From an uncultured Acidobacteriota bacterium (GTDB taxonomy: Bacteria > Acidobacteriota > Vicinamibacteria > Fen-336): a stretch of 64,000 nt of DNA. How positions within the stretch are numbered: position 1 is the first letter of the stretch; the number at the start of each line of letters is the position of its first letter. The translations under genes were made by a program, and so were the position numbers. Location of the stretch: positions 2,976,001 through 3,040,000 of the forward strand of contig OY970399.1 in NCBI GenBank assembly GCA_963720545.1, in the 5' to 3' direction. Of this stretch, positions 19,116 to 29,735 are shown piece by piece. The notes beneath the pieces are model-generated. The model searched no databases. It saw only the letters and a program-made list of their open reading frames with translations, and had not been told where the DNA came from.

Positions 19116-20573
19116 GTGCCGCACCCCTCCGAAAGCCAAGATTCCAACCTGGTGACAGCCGAAAACCTCGAGCCGAGGATTGTCCCGCGCGCGGAGCATC
19201 GGGTGTCGCGGAAGAACATCGACGAAGAGGCCCTGAAGGTCCTGTACCGCCTGAAGAGCCAGGGGTTCGTCGGGTATCTCGTGGGCGGCAGCGTGCGCGA
19301 CCTGCTGCTCGAACGCCGCCCCAAGGACTTCGACATCGCGACGAGCGCGCACACCCAGCAGGTGCGGCGCATGTTCAAGAACGCCTTCACGGTGGGCCGC
19401 CGCTTCCGGCTGGTGCACGTGAAGTTCGGCAAGAAGGTGGTGGAGGTCGCGACCTTCCGCAGGCAGACCGAGGTGGAGGAAGGCGCCGAGACGCTGATCC
19501 GCAGCGACAACACCTTCGGCACGCCGGCGGAGGATGCGTTCCGCCGCGACTTCACGGTCAATGCACTTTTCTACGACATCGCGAACTTCTCGGTGATCGA
19601 CTACGTCGGCGGCCTGCAGGACCTCGAGAACAAGCTGATCCGCGCCATCGGCGACCCGTCGGTGCGCTTCCGCGAGGATCCGGTGCGCATGCTGCGTGCC
19701 GTGGCGCTCGCCGCGCGCCTCGATTTCACCATCGACCGCGATTCGGTGGAGGCCATCCGCACGCTGCGCGGCGAGATCGCGAAGTCGTCGCCCGCGCGGC
19801 TGCTCGAGGAGTTCTACAAGATCCTGCGGCAGGGCGCTTCGCGGCGCACCTTCGAGCTGATGCACGAACTGGGCCTGCTCGCCTACCTGCTGCCCGAAGC
19901 GCAGACCGTGATGGACGGCTCGGGACGCGAGAGTTTCCTCGAGAGCCTCGAGCGGCTCGACGGTTATCGCCGCGCCGGCGCCTCGGCCGACACGATGTCG
20001 AACGCCGTCATCCTCGGCAGCCTGCTGGTGCCGCTCGGCATGTCGCTGCGCGTCATGGCAGTCAGGCGCCGCACCCACACGCGCGAGCAGGAAGCGGCGA
20101 TCGACGCGGCCGGCCGGCCCGCGGATCGCGTCGACGAAGATGCGCCGCCCGCCGCGGAAGAGCCGGTGGTCGACGTCGCGCGGGAAATGGCCGAGCTCGG
20201 CGCGCCGGAAGAGAAAGAACCTCTGGCACCACAGCCGCCCGCGCCGGTGGTGCTGCCGTTCGCGCGCCGCGACATCGACCGGCTGCGCCTCATCCTCGCG
20301 TCGCAGCCGCGGCTGCGCGACGTCAACCGGCCGCCAGCCGCGCAGCGCAGCCTGGCGGCGAAACCCTACTTCGACGAGGCGGTGCGCTGGCTCGAGATCC
20401 ATGGCGGCACTCGCGGCATGGAACTGAGCGCCCACTGGCGCAGCCTCGACGTCGGCGACCTGGTCGCCGAAGGCGGGCGCAGCGCGCGCGAGCCGGGCGA
20501 GCGCCGCCCGCGGCGGCGCCGCCGGCGCCGCGGCCCGCGTCCGGCGGGCGAAGGGCCGGCGACCAAGGAGTAG
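19116..20573 (+). CDS. pcnB: Poly(A) polymerase I
   Basis: LVGGSVRDLLL, KDFDIAT, GRRFRLVHVKFG (PAP signature), RRDFTVNA, EDPVRMLRA and Arg-rich tail. Start uncertain (GTG 19116 or 19152). Confidence 0.88.
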   Translation: MPHPSESQDSNLVTAENLEPRIVPRAEHRVSRKNIDEEALKVLYRLKSQGFVGYLVGGSVRDLLLERRPKDFDIATSAHTQQVRRMFKNAFTVGRRFRLVHVKFGKKVVEVATFRRQTEVEEGAETLIRSDNTFGTPAEDAFRRDFTVNALFYDIANFSVIDYVGGLQDLENKLIRAIGDPSVRFREDPVRMLRAVALAARLDFTIDRDSVEAIRTLRGEIAKSSPARLLEEFYKILRQGASRRTFELMHELGLLAYLLPEAQTVMDGSGRESFLESLERLDGYRRAGASADTMSNAVILGSLLVPLGMSLRVMAVRRRTHTREQEAAIDAAGRPADRVDEDAPPAAEEPVVDVAREMAELGAPEEKEPLAPQPPAPVVLPFARRDIDRLRLILASQPRLRDVNRPPAAQRSLAAKPYFDEAVRWLEIHGGTRGMELSAHWRSLDVGDLVAEGGRSAREPGERRPRRRRRRRGPRPAGEGPATKE

Positions 20574-20578
20574 CAGCG

Positions 20579-20866
20579 ATGCCAAGACCAGCGAAGCTCG
20601 ACGCAGCCGCAAGCAGCGAGGCCCTCAAGACCGTTCCTGGCTGGAGCATCACCGACCAGGGCGACGGCATCGAAAAACGCTACGAGTTCGAGAACTTCGC
20701 CGGCTCGCTTGCGTTCGTGAACCGCGTCGGCGCGCTCGCCGAGGCAATGGACCATCATCCCGACATCACGATCGAATACAACAAGGTGCGCTTGTACCTG
20801 AGCACCCACGACCAGGGCGGGCTGACCGCCAGCGATTTTGAACTGGCGCGGCGGATCGACGCTTGA
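20579..20866 (+). CDS. Pterin-4-alpha-carbinolamine dehydratase
   Basis: FENF..FVNRVG.LAE.MDHHPDI...LSTHDQGGLT.DFELA. Confidence 0.9.
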   Translation: MPRPAKLDAAASSEALKTVPGWSITDQGDGIEKRYEFENFAGSLAFVNRVGALAEAMDHHPDITIEYNKVRLYLSTHDQGGLTASDFELARRIDA

Positions 20867-21711
20867 AGGCCCTCGTCATGGGCGCCGACGGCCGCCTGGG
20901 CCGCGCGCTCTGCGAGACGCTGGGCGGGCGGGTGGCGCTCGCCACCAACCGCCGCGACGCCGACATCACCGACGCGGACGTGGTGGAGCGCGTCATCGCG
21001 GCGCTGCGCCCTGACGTCGTTTACAACGCCACCGCCTGGAACGCCGTCGACGCCGCGGAGAAGAACGTCACCGAGGCGTTCGCGGTGAACGCTTCGGGAC
21101 CGCGCCACATCGCTGTGGCGGCGCGCCGCTGCGGCGCCACGGTGGTGCACGTCTCGACCAACTACGTGTTCGCCGGCGACCGCGCGGAGCCGTACGACGA
21201 GACCGACCCGGCGCTGCCGGGAACCGTGTACGGCATCAGCAAGCGCGCCGGCGAGCGCCTGGTGGAGACCTCCGGTGCGGAGCACGTGGTGGTGCGGACC
21301 AGCGCCGTGTTCGGCATTGGCGGCAGCGCCGGCAAGGCGCAGTCGTTCGTCACGCGCGTCGTCGAGGCGGCGCGCCGCGGCGAGGAACTGGCAATCGTGG
21401 ACGACCAGTTCGTGTGCGCCACCTACGCGAAAGACCTGGCGCGCGCCATCGTCGGCATCGTCGAGCGCGCTGGCCGCGGCACCTTCCACGTCACCAACAC
21501 CGGCATCACCAGCTGGTTCAATCTCGCGCAGACGGCTGTGCGCCTCGCCGGATTGAAGGGCCGCTCGGTGCGGCCGGTGAAGAGCGCCGACCTGCCGACG
21601 CTGGCGCGCCGGCCGATGAACACGCCGCTCGCGAGCGTGCGTCTCGGCCCGCTCGGCGTGCGGCCGCTGCGCTCGTGGCAGGAAGCGCTGCAGGAGTTCC
21701 TCGCCTCATGA
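20863..21711 (+). CDS. rfbD: dTDP-4-dehydrorhamnose reductase family protein
   Basis: GADGRLG, VDAAE, STNYVF, YGISK and VDDQ motifs; TTG start overlaps the upstream stop. Confidence 0.82.
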   Translation: MKALVMGADGRLGRALCETLGGRVALATNRRDADITDADVVERVIAALRPDVVYNATAWNAVDAAEKNVTEAFAVNASGPRHIAVAARRCGATVVHVSTNYVFAGDRAEPYDETDPALPGTVYGISKRAGERLVETSGAEHVVVRTSAVFGIGGSAGKAQSFVTRVVEAARRGEELAIVDDQFVCATYAKDLARAIVGIVERAGRGTFHVTNTGITSWFNLAQTAVRLAGLKGRSVRPVKSADLPTLARRPMNTPLASVRLGPLGVRPLRSWQEALQEFLAS

Positions 21712-22466
21712 TCCCGCTGCGCGACGACGTGCCCTCGCGCACGACACCGTTCGTGAACTGGGGGCTGATCGTCGCCAACGTCGTGGTGTTCGCCTACGAG
21801 TTGTCGATGGGCGCGCACATCGAGAGCTTCTTTGCGCAGGCCGCGGTGATTCCGTCGCTCGTCACCGGCGCCGACCGCGTGCTGTCGGCGGGCGATTTGT
21901 TGCGCGCCACCGTCGACCCTGGCCTCGGCGCGCGCATGCTGACCAGCATGTTCCTGCACGGTGGCTGGCTGCACCTCATCGGCAACATGCTCTATCTCTG
22001 GATCTTCGGCGACAACGTCGAGGACCGCCTCGGCCACTTCCGCTACGTGGTCTTCTACCTGGCCTGCGGCCTGCTCGCCACCTGGGCGCACATCGCCGCC
22101 GGGCCGCGCTCGCCGGTACCTTCGATCGGCGCCTCGGGCGCCATCGCCGGCGTGCTCGGCGCGTACATCACGCTCTATCCGCGCGCGCAGGTGGTCGGCA
22201 TCCTGCCGCTCGGCTTCTTCACCCAGATGGTGAAGCTGCCGGCGATGTTCTTCCTCGGGCTATGGTTTTTACAGCAGTTCCTCTCAGGCACGCTCGGCCT
22301 CGCGAATCGCGAGCAAGCCGGCGGGGGAGTCGCATGGTGGGCGCACATCGGCGGCTTCGTCGCCGGCGCGCTGCTGGTGTGGCTGTTCCAGAAACCGGAG
22401 CGCGCGCCGCACTCGCGCGACACGTGGTACCGCCGCTTCGTTGACAGTGGGCGGGGCGTTCGATAA
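21708..22466 (+). CDS. Rhomboid family intramembrane serine protease
   Basis: MIPLRD, SMFLHGGWLHLIGNM, GASGAIAG, AWWAHIGGF. Confidence 0.92.
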   Translation: MIPLRDDVPSRTTPFVNWGLIVANVVVFAYELSMGAHIESFFAQAAVIPSLVTGADRVLSAGDLLRATVDPGLGARMLTSMFLHGGWLHLIGNMLYLWIFGDNVEDRLGHFRYVVFYLACGLLATWAHIAAGPRSPVPSIGASGAIAGVLGAYITLYPRAQVVGILPLGFFTQMVKLPAMFFLGLWFLQQFLSGTLGLANREQAGGGVAWWAHIGGFVAGALLVWLFQKPERAPHSRDTWYRRFVDSGRGVR

Positions 22467-22469
22467 TCT
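22441..22469 (+). promoter_or_regulatory. sigma-70 promoter for the tRNA pair
   Basis: TTGACA-17 nt-TAATCT, embedded in the 3' end of the rhomboid gene. Confidence 0.7.
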
Positions 22470-22486
22470 CCGTCGTCTGGCCCGCA

Positions 22487-22561
22487 GGGCGGTTAGCTCA
22501 GCGGTAGAGCATCGGTTTTACACACCGGTGGTCACAGGTTCGAAACCTGTACCGCCCACCA
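22487..22561 (+). tRNA. tRNA-Val(TAC)
   Basis: GGGCGGT/ACCGCCC acceptor stem, anticodon loop TTTACAC, GGTTCGAAA T-loop, encoded CCA. Confidence 0.97.
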
Positions 22562-22599
22562 CCAAGCTCGCCGCGGTCCTGATATTTCGTTTTCTCCGC

Positions 22600-22676
<77 letters not shown>

Positions 22677-22714
22677 ATCCTGAACAAATTGGCATTGCCC
22701 GAGGCTTGACCTGA

Positions 22715-23509
22715 TCAGCCCGGGTTGCGCCTCGACATCAGGAGGGCGACGCCGCTCAAGGCCAGGGCTTCGAACGCTCCGGCGGTTTCGAATGCGTGGT
22801 TCGGGCCGGCGAGCGCGCGTGGGATGTGGAGCATCAACACCCACAGGAAGATCATGAGGCCGGTGAGGGATGCCGCCAGGCGCGCGGTGCGGGGAACGAG
22901 GATGCCGATGCCTCCGGCGATCAGGGACACGCCCGCGAAGTAGGTCCAGAAACTGCGGTTGGGCATGTAGGCGGGGACGAGCTCGGTGACGAAGTCGCTG
23001 TAGACGAAGTGCTGCACGCCGCCGACGATAAGGAACATAGCCAGCAGGATCGCGCCGAGCGGCCGCGGTTTTCCGGCAAGCACTATTGCGCCGCCGATGA
23101 GTGCCAGCACCTTCAGCGGATTCGTCCACATGAAACCGCGGAGATACGGATGATCCATCCCCGCTGTCGCGAGGAGCGACGGAGCGCAGAAGAATACAAA
23201 CAAGAAGAGGAGCAGGGCGGCGAGGGCGGCGCCCCCCGCTCGCACCCTTCGGCCGTCGAGGAGAGCCAGTCCGATCACGACGAGAACAACGCCGACGATG
23301 TATGCGGCGAGCGGCAGAACTGGCATCCAGGCCTGGCGTGCCGGCACGAGCCTGATGAATTCCCCTGTAGTGAGCTGCATCGCGCCGGAGGCGAGAGTGG
23401 CCAGGCCGATGAAGTCTCTGCCGGCTGCGGTTGCGGAAATGGGGCCGAGGGTGGCTTCTTTGTCCAGGGCCAGAGTGTGCGCCTCGCAAACCGGCAACGT
23501 CAACGTCAC
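22715..23509 (-). CDS. DoxX-like multi-pass membrane protein
   Basis: Two similar hydrophobic halves; GVQHFVY..V..LVP.YMP..FWTYFAG, LHIPRA. Start uncertain. Confidence 0.7.
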   Translation of the reverse strand: MTLTLPVCEAHTLALDKEATLGPISATAAGRDFIGLATLASGAMQLTTGEFIRLVPARQAWMPVLPLAAYIVGVVLVVIGLALLDGRRVRAGGAALAALLLFLFVFFCAPSLLATAGMDHPYLRGFMWTNPLKVLALIGGAIVLAGKPRPLGAILLAMFLIVGGVQHFVYSDFVTELVPAYMPNRSFWTYFAGVSLIAGGIGILVPRTARLAASLTGLMIFLWVLMLHIPRALAGPNHAFETAGAFEALALSGVALLMSRRNPG

Positions 23510-23532
23510 GGCCCTGACGGTAAGGTTGGCCC

Positions 23533-24630
23533 ATGGCGTCTCCGTTTCAGGTGGTTCGCGGCACCGCGCATGCGCTTTTTGCCTATGACGTCGCGTGGGC
23601 GGTCGATCTCGACAAGGCGCAGCGGCTGCTGAACGTCGCGACCGAGCTCAGCATCAAGAGGCGGCCTCGGGCGTCGCAATATCTCGGCTTTCGGCCGCCG
23701 CCGCTGCGGATCGCGCAGGAGGCGCCGCCACTCGCGATCGGCGGGCTCGCGACCCACCCGCAGGTCGAGCTGCTGCTCTACGGCTTCGGCGCGGTGTCGG
23801 TCGGCTATCGGCTGGCGCTCGACGGCGCGCCGTTCGAGCGCCTGCTCGAGCTGAGCGACGCGCTCTACGACAACGCCGAGCTGCTCGCCGACTCGCGGCA
23901 GAGGGTCGAGGCGCTGGTGCGCGTGCTCGGTCCGGCACTCGAACGGCCGGGGGTCGCGGCGGCGGTCGAGGACTACGTCATCTACGGCGTCGAGAGCTGG
24001 GCGCCGGCCAGCACCGACGTCAACTGGCCGGCGCGCGACCAGGACCTGGCGCGCATCCTGCGCTGCGAGCGCGACCTGTTGTCGGCGCAGGAGGCGGCCG
24101 ACGCGGTGTCGCACTCGATCTCCTACAAGCCGGGCGACCTGGCGCTCGTCGACTGGAACGCCGCGATCCTGTTCGGGCCGGACACCGAGGACACCCGCGC
24201 CGTGCTCGAGTTCGCGAACGTGGCGCTGCTCGAGAGCCGCACGCTCGACGGCCATCTCGACCAGGCGCTCGACCTCGCCTACGACCGCGCGACGCCGAAG
24301 CCCGAGCGCTTCCGGTTGCCGGGTCTCTATCGCAAGGAGTCGTTCGAGATCGCGCAGATCCAGGTGGAGAGCGCGGTGCTCTTCGAAAGCGTCAACAACA
24401 CGCTGAAGCTGCTCGGCGACGAGTACCTGGCGCGCGCCTACCGCCTCGCGGCGGAGCGCTTCAACCTCGCGCAGTGGGAAGCGGCGATCCTGCGCAAGCT
24501 CGAGACGCTCGATTCGATCTACGGCAAGATGTCCGATCGCGCCGCGTCCATCCGCCTCGAAGTGCTCGAGTGGGTGATCATCGTCCTCATCGCGATCTCG
24601 ATCGCGATTCCGTTCGTTACGGGGCATTGA
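23533..24630 (+). CDS. RMD1/DUF155-like protein with C-terminal TM helix
   Basis: [12 protein letters not shown]-terminal [10 protein letters not shown]...[13 protein letters not shown]. Confidence 0.65.
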   Translation: MASPFQVVRGTAHALFAYDVAWAVDLDKAQRLLNVATELSIKRRPRASQYLGFRPPPLRIAQEAPPLAIGGLATHPQVELLLYGFGAVSVGYRLALDGAPFERLLELSDALYDNAELLADSRQRVEALVRVLGPALERPGVAAAVEDYVIYGVESWAPASTDVNWPARDQDLARILRCERDLLSAQEAADAVSHSISYKPGDLALVDWNAAILFGPDTEDTRAVLEFANVALLESRTLDGHLDQALDLAYDRATPKPERFRLPGLYRKESFEIAQIQVESAVLFESVNNTLKLLGDEYLARAYRLAAERFNLAQWEAAILRKLETLDSIYGKMSDRAASIRLEVLEWVIIVLIAISIAIPFVTGH

Positions 24631-24796
24631 CGGCACGCGGCTTTGCGCTAGCTCTGCCGGTCGTGCCTTGGCCGCAGATGGGGTTGAATCGGCTGCGACG
24701 CCACCTCCTCGAAGACCGGTATCATCGCGCAGACCCCCGGGATCCTGGACACTATGCTCATCGGCCTTGGCGCGTGAGAGTCGCCTTGCGGCGCGC

Positions 24797-27178
24797 ATGA
24801 TCGGCGCCACGCTGTCCCGCTATCGGATCCTGAGCAAGCTCGGCGGCGGCGGCATGGGCGTCGTCTACGAGGCCGAGGACACGCGCCTTGGACGGCACGT
24901 GGCGGTGAAGCTGCTCCCCGATGGACTCGGCGGCGATCCGCAGGCGCGCGAGCGCTTCGAGCGCGAGGCGCGCGCCGCCTCCGCGCTCAACCACCCGCAC
25001 ATCTGCGTGCTGCACGAGATCGGCGAAGACCAGGGCCGGCTCTTCATCGTCATGGAGCTGATGAAGGGCCAGACGCTGAAACATCGGATCGGCGGCAAGC
25101 CGATCGCCGTCGAAGAGGCGGTCGAGCTGGCGATACAGGTGGCGGACGCGCTCGACGCCGCGCATGCGACCGGGATCATCCACCGCGACATCAAGCCCGC
25201 CAACATCTTCGTGACCGATCGGGGACAGGCGAAGCTGCTGGACTTTGGTCTGGCGAAGCAGACCGTCAAGCGAGCGCGGGTCGACGTCGAGCAGGCGACC
25301 GCGGTCCGGCCCACGGAGCTGACCGAGGCCGGCGCGCTGATGGGGACCGTGGCGTATATGTCCCCGGAACAGGCGCGTGGCAAGGACCTCGATGCGCGCT
25401 CCGACATCTACTCGTTCGGGGCGGTGCTCTACGAGATGGTGACCGGCGTGCTGCCGTTCGCGGCGGAGAGCACGGGCGAGATGCTGGCTGCGATCTTCAG
25501 CCAGGAGCCGGTCGCGCCGACGCAGCGCAACCCGCTGCTCCCCGCCGAGCTGGACCGGATCATCGGCAAGGCGATGGAGAAGGACCGGAGCCGGCGATAC
25601 GAGACAGCGGCGGAAATGCGAGCGGACCTGCTGCAGTTGCGTCGGGACAGCACCCAACCCGGCGCGGCGACGACCGACCGGCCGGCCGCGCCCGCCGCCC
25701 GCCCGCGACGGCGCGCCTGGTGGCTCGGCGCCGGCGCCGCCGTCCTGGCGCTCATGGCCGCCTTCTGGTTCGGCGGCGTGGCCATGCGGCCTGCGCCGCG
25801 GCCGCAGGTCGAGGCGCAGGCCGAAGGTCCGACGCTCGCGGTGCTGCCGTTCGTGGACATGAGCGCCGGCAAGGACCAGGAGTACTTCGCGGACGGCTTG
25901 GCCGAGGAGCTGCTCAACTCCCTGTCCAGGATCAAGGAGCTGCGAGTCACCGGACGCACGTCGTCGTTCCAGTTCAAGGGCAGAAACGAGGATCTGCGCG
26001 ACATCGGCCGCAAGCTCAACGTGGCGACGCTGCTCGAAGGAAGCGTGCGCCGGGCCGGAAGCCGGATCCGCATCACCGTGCAGCTCGTGAAAGCCGCGGA
26101 CGGGTTCCATCTTTGGTCGGAGACCTACGACCGGCAGATGGACGACATCTTCGAGGTGCAGGACGAAATCGCCCGCGAGGTCGCGGGCGCGATGCAGGTG
26201 ACGCTCCTCGGCAGGAAGGCCGGCGCAGCGGCGCCGAGCGGCGAGACCTACAACCTGCTGCTCGAGGCGCGTCACCTGTTGAAGCAACACGACCAGGCGA
26301 ACCGGCGCAAAGCCCAAGAACTCGTGGAGCGGGCGCTCGCTCGCGACCCGGCTTACGCGCCTGCTTGGGTGGATCTCGCGATCGTCTACATGCGCGACTT
26401 CGAGGATGCTGACACGCTCGTGGCGAAACAGGATGCACTGCGGCAGCAGCAGGACGCGCTCGCCAAGGCGCTTGCGCTTGACCCCGACATGGCGGAAGCA
26501 CATGCACGGATGGCGCGCGTCCATCGCCTGCACTGGGATTTTGCGGCGGCGGACAAGTCGATGCAGCGGGCACTCGTACTAGCACCCGGAGACGTGGACG
26601 TCGTGACCGCGGCCGCCGGCGTCGCCTCGAGCTTCGGCCGCTTCGACGAGGCGATCGCTCTGCAGGAAAAGGCGCAGAAGATGGACCCGCTCAGCAACAG
26701 CAACTGGTACAACCTCGCTTTTCGGTATCTCGCCGCCGGTCGCGCGACGGAGGCCGAAATCACTCTCAAGGAGCTGCTGTCGGAGGATCCGGAAGACGCC
26801 GATGGCCATGCGCTGCTGGGCGATGCGTATCTGGCCGAGGGACGTGCCGCCGAGGCGCTCGGTGAGTATGCAAAAGGCGACGAGTCCGACCGGCTGGCCG
26901 GTCGAGCCATGGCCCAGCACGCGCTGGGGCACGCCGATGCTTCACAGGCCGCGCTCCGCGAGCTGATCGCGAAATACGGCGAGCAGAGGAGGATGATCGC
27001 GGCGGTTCACGCGTATCGCGGCGAGACCGACGAAGCGTTCGCCAGCTTGGAACGGGCGTACCAAGAGCGCGATCCGGATCTGGTCTATCTCAATCCCAGC
27101 TACTTCCTCAGGCTGCTGCACCGCGACCCACGCTGGGCCGCGCTCCTCAAGAAGATGGGGCTGTCGCCGCGCGGCTGA
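24797..27178 (+). CDS. Hanks-type Ser/Thr protein kinase with TM, TolB-like domain and TPR repeats
   Basis: [54 protein letters not shown]. Start taken at MIGATL. Confidence 0.92.
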   Translation: MIGATLSRYRILSKLGGGGMGVVYEAEDTRLGRHVAVKLLPDGLGGDPQARERFEREARAASALNHPHICVLHEIGEDQGRLFIVMELMKGQTLKHRIGGKPIAVEEAVELAIQVADALDAAHATGIIHRDIKPANIFVTDRGQAKLLDFGLAKQTVKRARVDVEQATAVRPTELTEAGALMGTVAYMSPEQARGKDLDARSDIYSFGAVLYEMVTGVLPFAAESTGEMLAAIFSQEPVAPTQRNPLLPAELDRIIGKAMEKDRSRRYETAAEMRADLLQLRRDSTQPGAATTDRPAAPAARPRRRAWWLGAGAAVLALMAAFWFGGVAMRPAPRPQVEAQAEGPTLAVLPFVDMSAGKDQEYFADGLAEELLNSLSRIKELRVTGRTSSFQFKGRNEDLRDIGRKLNVATLLEGSVRRAGSRIRITVQLVKAADGFHLWSETYDRQMDDIFEVQDEIAREVAGAMQVTLLGRKAGAAAPSGETYNLLLEARHLLKQHDQANRRKAQELVERALARDPAYAPAWVDLAIVYMRDFEDADTLVAKQDALRQQQDALAKALALDPDMAEAHARMARVHRLHWDFAAADKSMQRALVLAPGDVDVVTAAAGVASSFGRFDEAIALQEKAQKMDPLSNSNWYNLAFRYLAAGRATEAEITLKELLSEDPEDADGHALLGDAYLAEGRAAEALGEYAKGDESDRLAGRAMAQHALGHADASQAALRELIAKYGEQRRMIAAVHAYRGETDEAFASLERAYQERDPDLVYLNPSYFLRLLHRDPRWAALLKKMGLSPRG

Positions 27179-27205
27179 TCTGGCGTCCTTTCCACCCGAC
27201 CATAA

Positions 27206-27898
27206 CTAGAAGATGACGGCGCCGCCCGCGACGCCGAAGCTGCCGCGCAGGCACGCGGTCGGTGCCGTCGAGCAGACGTTCGACGAGTGCTCCTTGCAGT
27301 CGCCCTGGCCGCCGCGCTCCTTGGCCTCGCACTTGAGCCCGTAGGGATAGTTCGGATTGCTGACGCAGTCCGAGCAGCCCGCGATGTCGACGCCCAGTCC
27401 GCCGCCGCCGATCATGCGTGCCTGCACCTCGTCGCGCGTCTGCGGCAGCGGCACCGGCCAGGTCCAGCGGATGAGGAACGTGTCCGATTTTTCCTCCGGG
27501 CTGTTGCCCGCGACCACCGGCAGCGCGCTGTCCTTCACCGCATCCGCAAGGCACGCGACCGCGGCCGCGTCCTGCCCCTCCTTGAGATTCGAGCGCGTGG
27601 CGGCCACCTTCGGCGCAACCCACTTGTCACCCGACTTGGTGAAGGTGAAGTCGACGGCCACCAGGCCCTTGGCCTTGATCTTCGCGAGGCAGCCCTTCAG
27701 CTTCGTCGTCTTGACGAGGCCGGTGAAGTAAGTGTGTACGCGCGTTTCCGCGTCGGCGACACTCTCGCTATAGACGGGCGTCGGCACCGGCGAGGGTTTG
27801 GGCTCGGGGGTTGGGCTCTGTTGCGCCTGCGGCGTTCTGGTGCAACCGGCGGCAGCCGCGAGGACGAGCGCGGCGAGACCCAGCTTCATGTGCCTCAT
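27206..27898 (-). CDS. Cys-rich lipoprotein of unknown function
   Basis: Lipoprotein signal ending AAAGC, Pro-rich linker, 8 further Cys; GGGAGG SD. Confidence 0.75.
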   Translation of the reverse strand: MRHMKLGLAALVLAAAAGCTRTPQAQQSPTPEPKPSPVPTPVYSESVADAETRVHTYFTGLVKTTKLKGCLAKIKAKGLVAVDFTFTKSGDKWVAPKVAATRSNLKEGQDAAAVACLADAVKDSALPVVAGNSPEEKSDTFLIRWTWPVPLPQTRDEVQARMIGGGGLGVDIAGCSDCVSNPNYPYGLKCEAKERGGQGDCKEHSSNVCSTAPTACLRGSFGVAGGAVIF

Positions 27899-27940
27899 CG
27901 AGGTTGCCTCCCTGGAATGGTTGCCGCGACTATAGCGCCG

Positions 27941-29194
27941 TCAGGTGGGGCCGGGACGGTCCTTTTCACCGGGGTCCGAGACCGAGCGCTGCGGCAGCAG
28001 CGCATTCGCGAGCAGCAGGCCCATGACGAGCGAGATGGCGCCGAGCGCCATGCTGAAGGCGGCTGCGATCGCGGGCAGCGTGTCGTTGTCGAGGAACGCC
28101 GAGACGCTGCGAAAGCCGATGCTGCCGGGCACCAGGATCAGGAGCCCGGGCGCGACCATCACCGTGCTGACGCGGCCGAAGAGCCGCGCGTAGGCATTGC
28201 CTGCCAGGCCCACTGCCAGCGCGCCGAAAAACGGCGCCACCTCGGGTCCGAAGGCGAGCCGGCCGAAGCGCGCGCCGAGGAATGCAACGATGGCGCCGCT
28301 GATGATCTGCGGGAAGTCCTTCGGCCGGCCCTTCAGCAGCACCGTGTAGGCGAGCGGCGCTATCAGCACCGCGATCCAGTCGGTCCACATCGGCAGCGGA
28401 TGGGGCACCACCGCCGGCGCCGCGCCGAAGGTGCGCAATCCGAGCTGCGTGCCGAGCGCCACGCCGAAGCCCATGGTGAGGAACGTGCCGAGAGCGCCCA
28501 TGAGCCGCGCGGTGCCGCTGATGAGGTGGCGGTTCGCGATTTCGGAGAGCGCCGTCGTCAGCGTGTATCCCGGCATCAGCACGATGAGGCCGGCCACGGT
28601 CGCCACATAGACGGACACCGGCACGCCGCTGGTCGCGAACAGCGCGGCGAGCAGCGCCGCCTGGAACGCGGCCAGCGGTTCGAAGATGCGGCGCACCGGC
28701 GCCAATTGCTGCGAGAGCAGGGACAAGAGGCCGATCGAGATGCCGATGAGCGTGCCCACCAGGATCTCGTTCAGCCCGCCGCCGAGGAAGCGTGCCGCGC
28801 CGCCCGAGGCGATGGCAAAGGCGAGCGTGGTGAATGCCTGGCCGTAGGGCAGGTTGGCTTGCAGGATCTTCTCCACCTCGAGAATGCCTTCGGCGGCCGC
28901 CATCTCGCCCGTTGCCACCTTGCGCGCCACCTGGTCGAGCCGCGACAGCTTGTCGAGGTTGACGGTGCCGGCCTCGACGCGGATCTGGAAGGTGCGCTGC
29001 TCGGTCTCCGGACCGAAGGAAATGAACAGGCCGGTCGGCATCGCGAAGGTCTGCACGCGGATGCCGAGGCGCGCGGCGATCACTTCCATCGCCCGTTCGA
29101 GGCGCGGTGCCGGATAGCCGTAGCTGTGCAGGCCGCGCGCCAGCCGCATCAGGAACGCTTCCGCGGTGCGCGGTTCGGTGCGTATCTCAGTCAT
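27941..29194 (-). CDS. ThrE family threonine/serine exporter
   Basis: LHSYG.P.RLE, VNLDKL, LMPG..LT..L.E...LISG..RL, LVPGS.GF. Confidence 0.88.
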   Translation of the reverse strand: MTEIRTEPRTAEAFLMRLARGLHSYGYPAPRLERAMEVIAARLGIRVQTFAMPTGLFISFGPETEQRTFQIRVEAGTVNLDKLSRLDQVARKVATGEMAAAEGILEVEKILQANLPYGQAFTTLAFAIASGGAARFLGGGLNEILVGTLIGISIGLLSLLSQQLAPVRRIFEPLAAFQAALLAALFATSGVPVSVYVATVAGLIVLMPGYTLTTALSEIANRHLISGTARLMGALGTFLTMGFGVALGTQLGLRTFGAAPAVVPHPLPMWTDWIAVLIAPLAYTVLLKGRPKDFPQIISGAIVAFLGARFGRLAFGPEVAPFFGALAVGLAGNAYARLFGRVSTVMVAPGLLILVPGSIGFRSVSAFLDNDTLPAIAAAFSMALGAISLVMGLLLANALLPQRSVSDPGEKDRPGPT

Positions 29195-29615
29195 CGGCGC
29201 CCGCGCCGCGGCTGCGCTTCAGCGCGCTGCGCAGCTTCTTGCCCGACAGGCGGCGCTCGCGCGCGCCGGCGGTGCTGCGCGTCGGGCGCCGCACCTTCGG
29301 CACCACCAGCGCCGCCGCGATCAGCTCGCGCAGCTTCGCGTAAGCGTCCTCGAGGTTGCGCGACTGGTCGCGCGTCGCCTGGCTGCGCAGCACCAGCCGG
29401 CCGTCCGCCCCCAGGCGGTTTGCGGCCAGCGCGCGCAGGCGGCGCAGCGCGCCCGGCGGCAGCCTGTCGATCGCGTCGAGGTCCACATGCAGCTCGACCT
29501 TCGACGCAACCTTGTTGACGTTTTGCCCGCCGGCGCCCGACGAACGCACCGCGCGCACCTGCAGCGCGCGCTCGGGAACCACGACGGACGGAGCGACGAC
29601 CAGGCCGCGAGGCAT
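29187..29615 (-). CDS. arfB: Alternative ribosome rescue peptidyl-tRNA hydrolase ArfB
   Basis: RSSGAGGQNVNKVASKV (GGQ), RDQSRN, basic tail RRPTR...K. True start at ATG 29615. Confidence 0.92.
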   Translation of the reverse strand: MPRGLVVAPSVVVPERALQVRAVRSSGAGGQNVNKVASKVELHVDLDAIDRLPPGALRRLRALAANRLGADGRLVLRSQATRDQSRNLEDAYAKLRELIAAALVVPKVRRPTRSTAGARERRLSGKKLRSALKRSRGAGADD

Positions 29616-29735
29616 CGGGTGCTTATTATCGGGTCGTTTACACACCCATTGGCCGCGTGCTAACTTCCTTCGCGGTGGGAGCAACGAATGTTGATCTCCC
29701 CAGTGGACTGACTCTCTCCAGACGGCCGGGGGTGG

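Noticed and set aside
17969..20578. 965-aa ORF ending in the pterin dehydratase
   Set aside because: Only the last 95 aa are recognisable. The rest is an off-frame reading of pcnB and antisense of the acyltransferase.
24631..24796. Intergenic CGGCAC..TTTGC sigma-54-like motif and a short minus-strand ORF
   Set aside because: The GG-to-GC spacing is off by one, and the ORF has no SD or recognisable features.
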